From contig CACBNQ010000003.1 in assembly GCA_902540655.1 (NCBI GenBank), forward strand, positions 8,599 to 72,598: DNA of 64,000 nt. Direction: 5' to 3'. A program made the translations under genes and the position numbers. The DNA is from an uncultured Alphaproteobacteria bacterium (GTDB lineage: Bacteria > Pseudomonadota > Alphaproteobacteria > Rhodobacterales > Rhodobacteraceae). The notes below the pieces were generated by a model. It saw only the letters and a list, made by a program, of their open reading frames with translations, had not been told where the DNA came from and did not search any database. This document shows positions 35,360-45,188 of the stretch, piece after piece (within the stretch, counting starts at the first letter, position 1; every line of letters begins with the position of its first letter).

Positions 35360-36784
35360 TTACTCCATAATAGCTTTAGTCTCTAAGAATTCTTCCAAAC
35401 CCCACTCAGCCTTCTCTCGCCCATTACCCGATTGCTTAAACCCGCCAAATGGTGCATTAGTTCCCCCGCTACCATAATTAATATGGATTTGACCTGCTCT
35501 AATTTGCCTTGCGACACTCCTTAATTTTCTGGGGTCACTACCACATACATAAGCAGAAAGGCCATAACTTGTATCATTCGCAATCTGAACCGCATTATCA
35601 ATATCTTCATATGGGATTACAGATAAGACGGGGCCGAATATTTCTTCTTGTGCAATTTCCATGGAGTTATTTACATCTCCAAAAACAGTTGGCTTAACAA
35701 AATAACCGGCATTAAGCCCTGTAGGCTTGCCTAATCCACCAGTTACTAATTGAGCACCAGCCTTAATCCCAGATTCAATTAACCTTTGTACCTTATCAAA
35801 TTGAGCTTGACTTACTAGAGGACCAATATCTGTGTCTTCTTTTGTAGGGTCACCAGTTTTCAATTTTTCTGCAACATTTTTTGCAATTTCCAAAGCTTCA
35901 TGTTGTCGATTCTTTGGCACTATCATTCGAGTTGGCGCATTACAAGACTGTCCAGTATTCTCCATTATTTTTTGTACACCAACAGTGACCGATTGTTCAA
36001 ACTTTTCATCATCAAAAATTATATTTGGTGATTTTCCTCCAAGTTCCTGACTTACTCTCTTGACCGACTTTGCTGCAGCCTGAGCAACAGCGACCCCTCC
36101 CCTCGTTGAACCAGTAAAAGACATCATGTCTACATCCTTATGGTTGGATAAGGCCTCTCCTACAACCGGACCCAAGCCATGTACCATATTAAAAACTCCT
36201 TTAGGAACTTTTGCAGTATCCATTATTTCAGCAATTATATTAGCTGATATTGGTGATATTTCGCTTGGCTTCAGAATTGCCGTACACCCTGAGGCAAGAC
36301 ACGGTCCAAGCTTCGATATAGTTTGGTTTATTGGCCAATTCCAAGGTGTGATTAGCCCGCATACTCCAATTGGCTCGTGCCTTACAGTATAGCCATTAAA
36401 AGGGTATTCAAATTTATGCTCCTCTAAAACTCTAATTGCTGTCTTTAGATGGTTCATGCCCACAGCAGCTTGTGCACTACGAGAGAGTTTAATCGGCGCT
36501 CCCATTTCTTTTGTTATAGCTTCCACAAAATCCTCAAAGCGATTTTCGAATTGGCTTCTTATTTCTTTCAACAGGTCTAAACGCTCAGCTACACTTGTCC
36601 GTGCATAGCTTGAAAACGCAGCTTTTGCAGCCTCTACTGCCTTGTCAATATCCTGCTGAGAGCCAACGTTTAGTGTCCCAATAACTGATTCATCAGATGG
36701 ATTAATAATATCAATTTTTTCATCCTTTACAGGGAAGACCCATTCGCCATTAATGTAGAATTTAGCTAATTTCATTGATTGCAC
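35360..36784 (-). CDS. NAD(P)-dependent aldehyde dehydrogenase
   Basis: ALDH motifs ITPWNWP, FTGSTRGG, ELGGKSP (catalytic Glu), GQSCNA (catalytic Cys) and EEIFGPV. Confidence 0.9.
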   Translation of the reverse strand: MQSMKLAKFYINGEWVFPVKDEKIDIINPSDESVIGTLNVGSQQDIDKAVEAAKAAFSSYARTSVAERLDLLKEIRSQFENRFEDFVEAITKEMGAPIKLSRSAQAAVGMNHLKTAIRVLEEHKFEYPFNGYTVRHEPIGVCGLITPWNWPINQTISKLGPCLASGCTAILKPSEISPISANIIAEIMDTAKVPKGVFNMVHGLGPVVGEALSNHKDVDMMSFTGSTRGGVAVAQAAAKSVKRVSQELGGKSPNIIFDDEKFEQSVTVGVQKIMENTGQSCNAPTRMIVPKNRQHEALEIAKNVAEKLKTGDPTKEDTDIGPLVSQAQFDKVQRLIESGIKAGAQLVTGGLGKPTGLNAGYFVKPTVFGDVNNSMEIAQEEIFGPVLSVIPYEDIDNAVQIANDTSYGLSAYVCGSDPRKLRSVARQIRAGQIHINYGSGGTNAPFGGFKQSGNGREKAEWGLEEFLETKAIME

Positions 36785-36792
36785 CTTTTCTG

Positions 36793-37395
36793 TTATATAC
36801 CAGCTGGATTATCAATAGATTTGCCGAAGGCTTTTAGATCTGAGTATCGATCACCTATTCTATGATGGGGCCTACCGCATGTAGCAGCTCCGAGAGCACA
36901 CACTATTTCGTCGACATCAGGCGCATCATATATGGAAAACTGAACAGTCAAATAATGTGATCGCCTTCCAGTATCATGCTTATCCATTAATGGTATTTGA
37001 ATTTGTGTATTTGCTGGACCCCTTGTGTTTGTGAAACCTAGGTAACTCTTTGCACCAACCGCTTCCCTATAAAAGTTTCCAAATTGTAAAGTATGAATAA
37101 TAGCCGAAGCATGCTCAATTTCACAACTGGTCCCAGCTAATGCTGCCTTCCCGTATGCTTCAATTTTTTCTCCACTACCAACCATTGAAATCAAACGGTC
37201 GGTCAAAGCTTTTCCCATCACAGGAGCAATTCTTTTAATTTCTGGTTGCAAGTCCTCTACAAACCCCCGACCTTTCCACGGATTAGATAATACTGCAGCA
37301 ACACCTATTATGCGAAGAATAGGATTGGCTTCTTTTCCTCCTTCACTGTATATATCTTCATCAAAGGTTACAATCTTTCTCAGTTCTTTAAGCAT
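36793..37395 (-). CDS. Amino-acid-synthesis (AA_synth/DUF1185) family protein, function unknown
   Basis: Blocks AVLSNPWKGRGFVEDL, IEAYGKAALAGTSCEIEHASAIIH and GRPHHRIGDR match my recollection of the PF06684 family pattern. Confidence 0.7.
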   Translation of the reverse strand: MLKELRKIVTFDEDIYSEGGKEANPILRIIGVAAVLSNPWKGRGFVEDLQPEIKRIAPVMGKALTDRLISMVGSGEKIEAYGKAALAGTSCEIEHASAIIHTLQFGNFYREAVGAKSYLGFTNTRGPANTQIQIPLMDKHDTGRRSHYLTVQFSIYDAPDVDEIVCALGAATCGRPHHRIGDRYSDLKAFGKSIDNPAGI

Positions 37396-37472
37396 CTGGA
37401 GCTCCTATTCTTTTGCAAATAAAGCACGTAGCGATCATTAAAGATACTTTGTAATTAAGTATCAAAAAAATG

Positions 37473-38267
37473 TTAATGTAAATTCAATGATACAAGAAAT
37501 TCATCGATTTTTACAAAAACCTTTTTGTAGTCTTCGACCAATGCCATATGCCTCAAGTTTTGTAAAACACAGACATAGCTATTTTTAAAATTTTTTGCAA
37601 TTTCTTTTGCAGAATTAGGACCATTAGCGAAATCTTGGTCGCACGTTATTATAAGTGTTGGCTTCCTTTCATGTAGCGATTTAAGGTCAATAGATCCGTA
37701 ATATAGTATAGGGTAAACTTTTGAATAAATTTCTTTTCTATTGTTATTTACCCAGTTACGTACAAGTTGGATGATATGAGGATTACTTTTCTGAAAAGGA
37801 ATGCTAAACCATCTTTTTATCGCCGCATCGGTTGTAGACTCTGGGCCCTCGTCTTTCAACAACTTTGCTCTTTCTAAAATTTCATCCCTTTCCTGATCTA
37901 ACAATCGATTTGGTGAATTTAAAAGAACTAGTGCTTCAACTATGCTTGGGTGTAAAGACGCAAATTTTCGAGAAATCATTGATCCCAGAGAAAACCCAAT
38001 AAGTATAAATTTTTCTAATTTAATGTGATTGATTATTTGTAGCAGTTGATCTGCAAACAGGTTTAAAGAAATCTCACCTTCAGGATCTTTACTATCACCA
38101 TGACCAAGAAGATCATATATAAGTACATTATGGTTTTTAAACAATGAAACCTGCCATGACCAGACATCTTGGTTGAGTCCTAAACCATGTATAAAAACAA
38201 TAGTTTTAAACTTAGGATTCTTAAAAAAATATTTAAAGCAGTTTCCGTTAAAATATTGCCTCTTCAT
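37473..38267 (-). CDS. Alpha/beta-fold hydrolase
   Basis: FIHGLGLNQDVW oxyanion region and the nucleophile elbow GFSLGS. Confidence 0.8.
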   Translation of the reverse strand: MKRQYFNGNCFKYFFKNPKFKTIVFIHGLGLNQDVWSWQVSLFKNHNVLIYDLLGHGDSKDPEGEISLNLFADQLLQIINHIKLEKFILIGFSLGSMISRKFASLHPSIVEALVLLNSPNRLLDQERDEILERAKLLKDEGPESTTDAAIKRWFSIPFQKSNPHIIQLVRNWVNNNRKEIYSKVYPILYYGSIDLKSLHERKPTLIITCDQDFANGPNSAKEIAKNFKNSYVCVLQNLRHMALVEDYKKVFVKIDEFLVSLNLH

Positions 38268-38268
38268 T

Positions 38269-38664
38269 TCACGACTCAGGTTTATAAGCTACTACTTCTA
38301 CTTCAACTAAAACATCTACCAAAAGATCGCTGACCACGGCTGATCTAGCAGGTGGATCATGGTCAAAATACTCCCCGTAAATCGAATTAAACCCTGGGAA
38401 GTCTTCTTTATTTTTCAGCCAAACCATAGCTTTAATAACATCCTGTAACTCACATCCAGCCTCTATCAAGGTATTTTTAATTTCATCGAGCACTATTCTT
38501 GTTTGCTCTTCTATAGAACCTTCAGTTATGACCACACCGTTTTTCATAGGAACTTGACCCGTTAAATACACAAAGTCACCAGCTCTAACGGCCTTAGATA
38601 ATGACAGCTTTCGTCCATTAATAATCAATGGATCGCCAATAATTTTTTTAGACATTTTATTCAC
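38269..38664 (-). CDS. RidA/YjgF/UK114 family reactive-intermediate deaminase
   Basis: Size and blocks YLTGQVP, LIEAG and PARSAV..L.....VEVEVVA are typical of the family. Confidence 0.85.
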   Translation of the reverse strand: MNKMSKKIIGDPLIINGRKLSLSKAVRAGDFVYLTGQVPMKNGVVITEGSIEEQTRIVLDEIKNTLIEAGCELQDVIKAMVWLKNKEDFPGFNSIYGEYFDHDPPARSAVVSDLLVDVLVEVEVVAYKPES

Positions 38665-38803
38665 CTATATTGATAGTTAGATTATTCGTAAAAATAACGG
38701 TTGTGAAAATAACTTTTTATTTATTATACAATAAATAGTTATTGTTTTTGATCATTTTTCTCTTGTAAACTTAACGGCGAATAAACAGAAAGTGTGAGCA
38801 AAA

Positions 38804-40285
38804 ATGGGCAGATTAGAAAACTTTAAAATGTTGATTGATGGAGAGTGGGTCTTATCCTCTGATAATAAGACCTTTGAAAGCTCAAATCCCACAACGGGAG
38901 AGAGTTGGTGCACTATACCAGAAGCATCAACAAAGGATGTTAATAGCGCAGTAGAAGCGGCTCACAAAGCATTTATTGATGGACCATGGTCAAAAATGAC
39001 TCCGACAGAAAGAGGAGAGCATCTCAGAAAATTAGCCGATATACTAGCTAGTAAATCTGAGGAATTGGGTAAAATTGAAACCATAGACACCGGGAAAATG
39101 TTAAAGGAAACTAAATGGCAGGCAAAATATATCTCACAATTTTTTAACTTCTTTGCTGGGTGCGCTGATAAAGTCTCTGGTCAAACCTTACCAATTGATA
39201 AACCAGATTTATTTGTATTTACAAACAGAGAGCCACTGGGCGTTGTAGCAGCAATTGTTCCTTGGAATTCCCAATTGTTTCTTGTTGCCGTAAAGATTGG
39301 TCCAGCATTGGCTGCGGGAAATACTATCGTTTTGAAAGCGTCCGAACACGCATCTGCAGCTATGCTTGCTTTTGGTAAATGCGTTGAAGAAGCGGGTATC
39401 CCACCTGGAGTCGTAAATATTATAACAGGCCATGGAGATCCTTGTGGAAAAGAATTAACAAGCCACCCCAAGGTCGCCAGGATTTCGTTTACTGGGGGAC
39501 CAACTTCTGCGCGTCATGTTATTAGAAATTCTGCTGAAAATTTTGCAGAAGTGTCCTTAGAGCTGGGGGGTAAGTCACCTTTTATTGTATTTGATGATGC
39601 GGATATAGAGAACGCAATTAATTGTTCTATAGCTGGAATTTTTGGCGCAACAGGTCAAAGCTGTGTAGCTGGGTCGAGATTATACCTTCAAGAAAATATA
39701 GCAGATGAATTTTTAAGCTTAATTGTTAAGCAGGCAAAAAACATAAAAATTGGAGATCCCTTATTGGACGAAACCCAAATGGGCCCTCTATGCACTAGAG
39801 GCCAACTCGAAAATATTAAAACTGAGCTTGCGTTTGCTGTTGAAGAAGGTGCAACCTTGTTGTGCGGTGGCAAATCGCCCGAAGGTCTTGGTGAATTGTT
39901 TTTCGAGCCAACAATAGTAGACTGCCCTAGTCAGAAACTAAAAATAGTAGATACTGAATTATTTGGACCTGTACTATCCGTAATAAAATTTAAAACTGAA
40001 GAAGAGGTCATATCTCTTGCTAATGATACAAAACATGGTTTGGCAGCAGGCATTTTTTCAAAAAGTAATTCTAGGTGTCTAAGAGTAAGTAAGGCAGTTC
40101 ATGCTGGAATAGTATGGGTTAACACATATAGGGTTGTGTCTCCGATTGCAGAATTTGGAGGATTTAAAAACTCAGGTTATGGTAGAGAAAGTGGTTTTCA
40201 AGCGATATATGACTACACTCGACCTAAAACGGTTTGGATGAATATGTCAGATGAACCGGCAGCTAATCCATTTGTAATGAAATAA
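38804..40285 (+). CDS. NAD(P)-dependent aldehyde dehydrogenase
   Basis: VPWNSQ, FTGGPTSA, ELGGKSP, GQSCVAGSR and ELFGPV. Confidence 0.9.
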   Translation: MGRLENFKMLIDGEWVLSSDNKTFESSNPTTGESWCTIPEASTKDVNSAVEAAHKAFIDGPWSKMTPTERGEHLRKLADILASKSEELGKIETIDTGKMLKETKWQAKYISQFFNFFAGCADKVSGQTLPIDKPDLFVFTNREPLGVVAAIVPWNSQLFLVAVKIGPALAAGNTIVLKASEHASAAMLAFGKCVEEAGIPPGVVNIITGHGDPCGKELTSHPKVARISFTGGPTSARHVIRNSAENFAEVSLELGGKSPFIVFDDADIENAINCSIAGIFGATGQSCVAGSRLYLQENIADEFLSLIVKQAKNIKIGDPLLDETQMGPLCTRGQLENIKTELAFAVEEGATLLCGGKSPEGLGELFFEPTIVDCPSQKLKIVDTELFGPVLSVIKFKTEEEVISLANDTKHGLAAGIFSKSNSRCLRVSKAVHAGIVWVNTYRVVSPIAEFGGFKNSGYGRESGFQAIYDYTRPKTVWMNMSDEPAANPFVMK

Positions 40286-40317
40286 AGGATAAAGGATTTT
40301 TTAGGGGGATAAAGTAT

Positions 40318-41355
40318 ATGAAATTTGATTTAGCAATAAATCTAGAAAGAGCAGACAACTCTTTATCAATGAAGGACGTGAAAAACCATACACTAGAGAT
40401 GGTACAAATGGCTGATCAGAGTGGTTTTAATATTATATGGGCTGCCGAACACCACGCCTTGGAAATGACAATTGCACCAAACCCTTTTCAAATAATTACA
40501 TGGTGGGCAGAAAATACAAACGATGTAAGGCTCGGTACCGCTGTAGCAGCAGCTCCGTACTGGCATCCAATCAAACTTGCTGGAGAGGCTGCTTTCACCG
40601 ACCTAATTACTGAGGGTCGCCTTGAATTTGGTATAGGTTCGGGGGCATACCAACGAGAATTTGATCGAATGCACCCAGGACTAAAGCAATCTGATGCATG
40701 GAAATATATGCAGGAGAGTCTTCCAGTTATCAAGAAGCTATGGGAAGGAGATTATGAGCATAATGGTGAATTTTGGTCTTTCCCATTATCTACGTCTGTT
40801 CCAAAACCTGTGCAAAAAGGTGGTCCCCCTGTATGGGTCGCTGCTAGAGCACCTATAACCTATGACTATGCAGTAAAAAATCATTGCAACATAATGTCTT
40901 GGCCTCTAACTAGACCATTTTCAGAAGCAGAGCTCTATAAACAACGCCTTGATGATGCTTTAGAAAGTGCCTCTAATGGCTTCAAACCTATTTTTGCGAT
41001 GATGAGGCATGCTGCTGTCTATAAAAACAAGGAAGAATCGAGTATCTATGTCAGAGCAATTCAACGTATATTAGGCCAATTTGAAAATTTGTTTAAAAAT
41101 TTAGGTGACGTTAAAGACGGATTTCCCAAGGAAATTGCTTTGAAAGAACTAGAAAATAGGGAAGAATATAATCCAACTATGCTTGAAGAAAATCTACTGT
41201 TTGGAACACCAGACGAGGTTATTAAAAAATTAAAGCGTTATGAAGATCTCGGGGTGGATAATTTTATCTATTACGCATCGATGGGGTTGGATCATGGTTC
41301 ACAGAAGAGATCACTAGAGTTGTTCTGTGAAGAAGTCCTTCCTGCTTTTCAATAG
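40318..41355 (+). CDS. LLM-class (luciferase-like) flavin-dependent oxidoreductase
   Basis: TIM-barrel LLM pattern: AAEHHAL, RLGTAV, GRLEFGIGSG, and a C-terminal GVDNFI... Confidence 0.75.
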   Translation: MKFDLAINLERADNSLSMKDVKNHTLEMVQMADQSGFNIIWAAEHHALEMTIAPNPFQIITWWAENTNDVRLGTAVAAAPYWHPIKLAGEAAFTDLITEGRLEFGIGSGAYQREFDRMHPGLKQSDAWKYMQESLPVIKKLWEGDYEHNGEFWSFPLSTSVPKPVQKGGPPVWVAARAPITYDYAVKNHCNIMSWPLTRPFSEAELYKQRLDDALESASNGFKPIFAMMRHAAVYKNKEESSIYVRAIQRILGQFENLFKNLGDVKDGFPKEIALKELENREEYNPTMLEENLLFGTPDEVIKKLKRYEDLGVDNFIYYASMGLDHGSQKRSLELFCEEVLPAFQ

Positions 41356-41364
41356 GAATAAAAA

Positions 41365-42168
41365 ATGACAAGTCATCTAGAGGTAGAAGTAAAAGAAAAA
41401 GTACTAGAAATCAAAATCAATAAGCCAAAAGTAAATGCTATAGACCTTAAACTTAGTCAAGATCTTGGAAAAGCTTTTGCGGAATTACGAGATAATCCCG
41501 ACCTTAGAGTTGGAATAATTACTGGTGAAGGAGATAAGATATTTTCAGCTGGATGGGACCTCAAAGCCGTTAATTCTGGAGAGATGGCGCTAGACAATTG
41601 GTGGGAAAAGGCGGACTATGGTGATGGTGGTTTTGCCGGATTAACAGAAAATTGGAATTTGAACAAGCCAGTGATTTGCGCTCTAAATGGTCACGCAATT
41701 GGTGGCGGTTTTGAGCTTGCAATGTCCTGTGATTTGATTATAGCAGCAGAACACGTTGAATTTGGTCTGCCTGAGATGCCGCTAGGTATTGTTCCTGATG
41801 CAGGTGCACTTCAAAGGTTACCTAGAAGAATTCCATACAATATTGCAATGGAAATGTTTTTTCTTGGTCGTAGAATGTCGGCTCAGGAAGCAAAAAGCTT
41901 TGGATTGGTAAATAAAGTGGTTGATAAATCCTTACTTTTAGATTCTGCAAGAGAGTGGGCAGAAAAAATGTCGCAGACAGCTCCACTAGCAATGCAAAGC
42001 GTAAAGGAAGTTTTAAGAGCGATAGAATGTAAAGCTTTAAAAGAGGCTTTTTCAGAAATGCGGTCAGGCAATTTGTCGACATATTCGAATATGCTTAAAT
42101 CTGACGATGCAGCTGAAGGTGTGGCGGCGTTTGTTGAAAAAAGAGATCCAAATTTTAAAGGAAAATAG
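41365..42168 (+). CDS. caiD: Carnitinyl-CoA dehydratase-like enoyl-CoA hydratase (CaiD family)
   Basis: Colinear with the E. coli CaiD sequence as I recall it: KANAID, ITGEGDKIFSAGWDLKA, GGFAGLTE, NLNKPVI, GGGFELA, LPE..LGIVPD, GRRM and EG..AF.EKRDP.FKG. Confidence 0.8.
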   Translation: MTSHLEVEVKEKVLEIKINKPKVNAIDLKLSQDLGKAFAELRDNPDLRVGIITGEGDKIFSAGWDLKAVNSGEMALDNWWEKADYGDGGFAGLTENWNLNKPVICALNGHAIGGGFELAMSCDLIIAAEHVEFGLPEMPLGIVPDAGALQRLPRRIPYNIAMEMFFLGRRMSAQEAKSFGLVNKVVDKSLLLDSAREWAEKMSQTAPLAMQSVKEVLRAIECKALKEAFSEMRSGNLSTYSNMLKSDDAAEGVAAFVEKRDPNFKGK

Positions 42169-42169
42169 C

Positions 42170-43120
42170 TTGGAAAGTTTAGATAAGATCTCAACAGTGG
42201 CTAGTATTGGAGGCGGACCCATAGGAGCTGGTTGGGCCGCTCACTTTCTTGCCAAAGGCCTAAATGTAAAATGTTATCTGCATTCAGAGAATGAAATAGA
42301 TGATTATATTTCATTAATCAAAATGGCTTGGGAAACATTAGAAAAATTAGGTATTGATAAAGCAGCATCGTTAGAAAAAATGCAAATTATCACAAATTTA
42401 AAAGAGAGCTTAGCCGAGGTCGACTTCGTGCAGGAGAGTATTCCAGAGATATTAAATGTAAAGCAAGATTTTTATTCCCAAATTGATTTATTTTTAAATC
42501 CGAACGTTATTATAGCTTCATCAACTTCTGGGCTATTAATTTCAGACATTGTAAAGAACTGCAATACAAAAGATAGAGCAATAGTAGGACATCCTTTTAA
42601 CCCTCCCTACTTACTACCGCTGGTAGAAGTTGTTGCTGGTGAATACACCAATAAACTATGTGTTGATAAGGCGGTCAGCTTTTATAAAACGGTCGGTAAA
42701 GTCCCAATTGTACTTAAAAAAGAGATTCCGGGATTTATTGCAACTCGTTTACAGGAAGCATTGTGGCGAGAGGCGTTACACATGGTCGCAAATGACGAAG
42801 CAACTCCTGAACAAATTGATTTAGCACTAATTAATGGGCCAGCACCTAGGATGGCTTACCAAGGTCAATGCATGGCATTTCACGTAGCCTGTGGCGATGG
42901 AGGTATGGCTACAAATCTCGACCAATTCGGTCCTGCATTACAATTACCATGGACTAGACTTAAAGCTCCCGAATTAACACAAGAATTACGTGATAAGATG
43001 GTTAGTGGGTGTAAAGATATGTCAAAAGGTAAGCATTTTCTTGAAATGGCTAAAGATCGTGATAACGCAATTGCTGCAATTTTGAGTGCCATAAAAAACA
43101 TTCATCCAAATAAATTATGA
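42170..43120 (+). CDS. lcdH: L-carnitine 3-dehydrogenase (3-hydroxyacyl-CoA dehydrogenase fold)
   Basis: Rossmann [11 protein letters not shown]. Blocks [54 protein letters not shown] and [17 protein letters not shown] match the Pseudomonas LcdH sequence as I recall it. An in-frame TTG at 42170 lies right after the caiD stop and is preferred over the track ATG at 42107, which would overlap caiD by 62 nt. Confidence 0.85.
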   Translation: MESLDKISTVASIGGGPIGAGWAAHFLAKGLNVKCYLHSENEIDDYISLIKMAWETLEKLGIDKAASLEKMQIITNLKESLAEVDFVQESIPEILNVKQDFYSQIDLFLNPNVIIASSTSGLLISDIVKNCNTKDRAIVGHPFNPPYLLPLVEVVAGEYTNKLCVDKAVSFYKTVGKVPIVLKKEIPGFIATRLQEALWREALHMVANDEATPEQIDLALINGPAPRMAYQGQCMAFHVACGDGGMATNLDQFGPALQLPWTRLKAPELTQELRDKMVSGCKDMSKGKHFLEMAKDRDNAIAAILSAIKNIHPNKL

Positions 43121-43127
43121 GGTTAGC

Positions 43128-44015
43128 ATGAATTTTGAGGTAATAGTGACATGTGCGGTTACAGGAGCCGGTGAGACTGTTGATAAAAGTCCTCATGTTC
43201 CAGTGACTCCAAAAGAGGTCGCAAATGCTGCTATCGAAGCTGCGAAAGCAGGTGCGTCTGCAGCCCATGTTCATGTGCGAGATCCAGAAACTGGTAAAGG
43301 ATCCCGAGATGTAAACTTATTTAAAGAAGCAGTTGACAGAATAAGAGATGATAAAACTGATGTAGTGATAAATCTTACTGCAGGAATGGGCGGTGATTGG
43401 GCTCCTGATGAAAATGATTTTTCGATGCCTGGCCCCGGAACGGACATGATTGGTCCTGATGAGAGGCTTGCACATATAGAGATATGTAAGCCAGAAATTT
43501 GTTCCTTAGACTGTGGAACCTTGAATTTTGGTGTCAACGATCATTCTATTTATATTTCCACTCTACCTATCCTAAGAAGAATGGCCGAATTGACAAAATC
43601 TTGGGGAGTAAAACCAGAATTAGAGGTTTTTGACTTAGGTCATATTAGATTAGCCAAACAGCTAATTGAAGAGGGATTAATTAAAGAACCTCCAATGTTT
43701 CAAATATGTTTAGGAATACCGTGGGGTGCTGATCAAAGTGCTGATACTATGAAGGCAATGAAGGATCATCTCCCATCAAATGCAACTTGGTCTGGGTTTG
43801 GTATTTCAAGAATGCAAATACCAATGGCCGCAGCAGCAGTCACTATGGGAGGAAATGTTCGTGTTGGCTTAGAGGATAATCTTTATCTTTCAAAAGGCGT
43901 GCTTGCTACGAATGGACAATTGGTTGAAAAAGTTATAAAAATAATCACGCTAATGGGTGGAAGAGTTCTTACCCCAGATGAAACAAGAAAAAAGCTTTCA
44001 TTAATAAAAAACTAA
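43128..44015 (+). CDS. BKACE (3-keto-5-aminohexanoate cleavage/DUF849) family enzyme, probable 3-dehydrocarnitine cleavage enzyme
   Basis: N-terminal [34 protein letters not shown] and VRVGLEDN are typical of BKACE. Lies immediately downstream of lcdH. Confidence 0.8.
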   Translation: MNFEVIVTCAVTGAGETVDKSPHVPVTPKEVANAAIEAAKAGASAAHVHVRDPETGKGSRDVNLFKEAVDRIRDDKTDVVINLTAGMGGDWAPDENDFSMPGPGTDMIGPDERLAHIEICKPEICSLDCGTLNFGVNDHSIYISTLPILRRMAELTKSWGVKPELEVFDLGHIRLAKQLIEEGLIKEPPMFQICLGIPWGADQSADTMKAMKDHLPSNATWSGFGISRMQIPMAAAAVTMGGNVRVGLEDNLYLSKGVLATNGQLVEKVIKIITLMGGRVLTPDETRKKLSLIKN

Positions 44016-44030
44016 TTATTGAGATAAACA

Positions 44031-45188
44031 ATGTATGACACTTTAAGCGATTCAAAAATTCTATTAGATACTGTCCAAAAATTTATGGCTGACGAAATTT
44101 ATCCTCACGAAGACCGTGTGGATAAACTTGGTTATGTTCCCGATGAAATAGGCAAACAAATAGAAGAAAAATCAAAAGAAGTTGGATTATTTGCTGCAAA
44201 TCTGCCAGAAAAATATGGTGGAGGAGGATTGGATTATTCTTCAATGATGGTCGTTGAAAGAGAGTATGGAAAAACTTCACATGCTTTACATTCATGGATA
44301 GCACGTCCTACCGAAATACTTCTAGCCTGCAACGAAAAGCAAATGGAAGAATATCTTTATCCCTGTGTAAAAGGCGATAAACGAGAATTATTTGCATTAA
44401 CAGAGCCTGACGCGGGCTCTGATATAATGAGTATGAAGTCGAACGCTAAAAAAGAAGGAGCTGACTGGATTTTGAATGGTTCTAAACATTTTATCTCTGG
44501 ACCATGTATGCCAGATTTTGCGATTGTATTTGCTGCTACAGGAGAAGATGAAACGCCTCGCGGAAAAAGAAAAAGAATTACAGCCTTCTTAGTAGATGTT
44601 GGCATTCCCGGATTTGATATTCAAGAGGGTACAAAGTGTATCAGCTACAGGGGATATAAAAATTACCAGTTAAGTTTTAATGACGTAAGGCTTTCTGCTG
44701 ATAAGATACTAGGTACTGAGGGTAATGGACTTTCATTATCTGGGAAATGGCTTGGCATGGGTCGTATTTGGGTAGGAGCGACTTGTTGTGGTAAGGCAGA
44801 ACGAATTCTTGATTTAGCTTTAGACTGGGCTGCTCAAAGAAAACAATTTGGCAAGCCAATAGGAACTTTCCAAGCTACAGGTTTCAAGCTAGCAGATATG
44901 AAGATGAACTTACGAGCCGCAGACCTATTAGTAAAAGATGCTGTGGACAGGGCTCTGTCTGGTCAAATGATGGATGAGGATGCAGCTATTGTTAAGATTT
45001 TCTGTTCAGAAATGCTTAATAAGGTAGCAGATGATACTGTTCAGATTTTTGGAGGAATGGGCTTAATGGAAGAGATGCCTGTTGAAAGGCTTTGGAGAGA
45101 CTCACGTTTGGAAAGAATTTGGGATGGAACCTCTGAAATACAAAGGCATATTGTAACACGCTCAATGCTTAGACCTCTTGGGGCATGA
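44031..45188 (+). CDS. Acyl-CoA dehydrogenase
   Basis: ALTEPDAGSD, QRKQFGKPIG.FQ, QIFGGMG and IWDGTSEIQR. Confidence 0.9.
   Translation: MYDTLSDSKILLDTVQKFMADEIYPHEDRVDKLGYVPDEIGKQIEEKSKEVGLFAANLPEKYGGGGLDYSSMMVVEREYGKTSHALHSWIARPTEILLACNEKQMEEYLYPCVKGDKRELFALTEPDAGSDIMSMKSNAKKEGADWILNGSKHFISGPCMPDFAIVFAATGEDETPRGKRKRITAFLVDVGIPGFDIQEGTKCISYRGYKNYQLSFNDVRLSADKILGTEGNGLSLSGKWLGMGRIWVGATCCGKAERILDLALDWAAQRKQFGKPIGTFQATGFKLADMKMNLRAADLLVKDAVDRALSGQMMDEDAAIVKIFCSEMLNKVADDTVQIFGGMGLMEEMPVERLWRDSRLERIWDGTSEIQRHIVTRSMLRPLGA

Noticed and set aside
36126-36392. 88-aa antisense ORF inside the ALDH gene (also 35509-35697, 35832-36050, 39181-39471, 39209-39433, 39688-39873, 40488-40733)
   Set aside because: All lie within or antisense to ALDH and LLM genes that have complete catalytic motifs. 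The higher GC of these genes generates long antisense frames.
42107-42169. Track start (ATG 42107) for the LcdH-like gene, overlapping caiD by 62 nt
   Set aside because: The extra 21 residues (MQLKVWRRLLKKEIQILKENS) are the caiD 3' end read out of frame. An in-frame TTG at 42170 sits directly after the caiD stop and places the Rossmann GGGPIGAG motif at the usual distance from the N-terminus.
41822-42194. Antisense ORFs (86 and 103 aa) over the caiD 3' end
   Set aside because: They are antisense to the strongly supported caiD gene.
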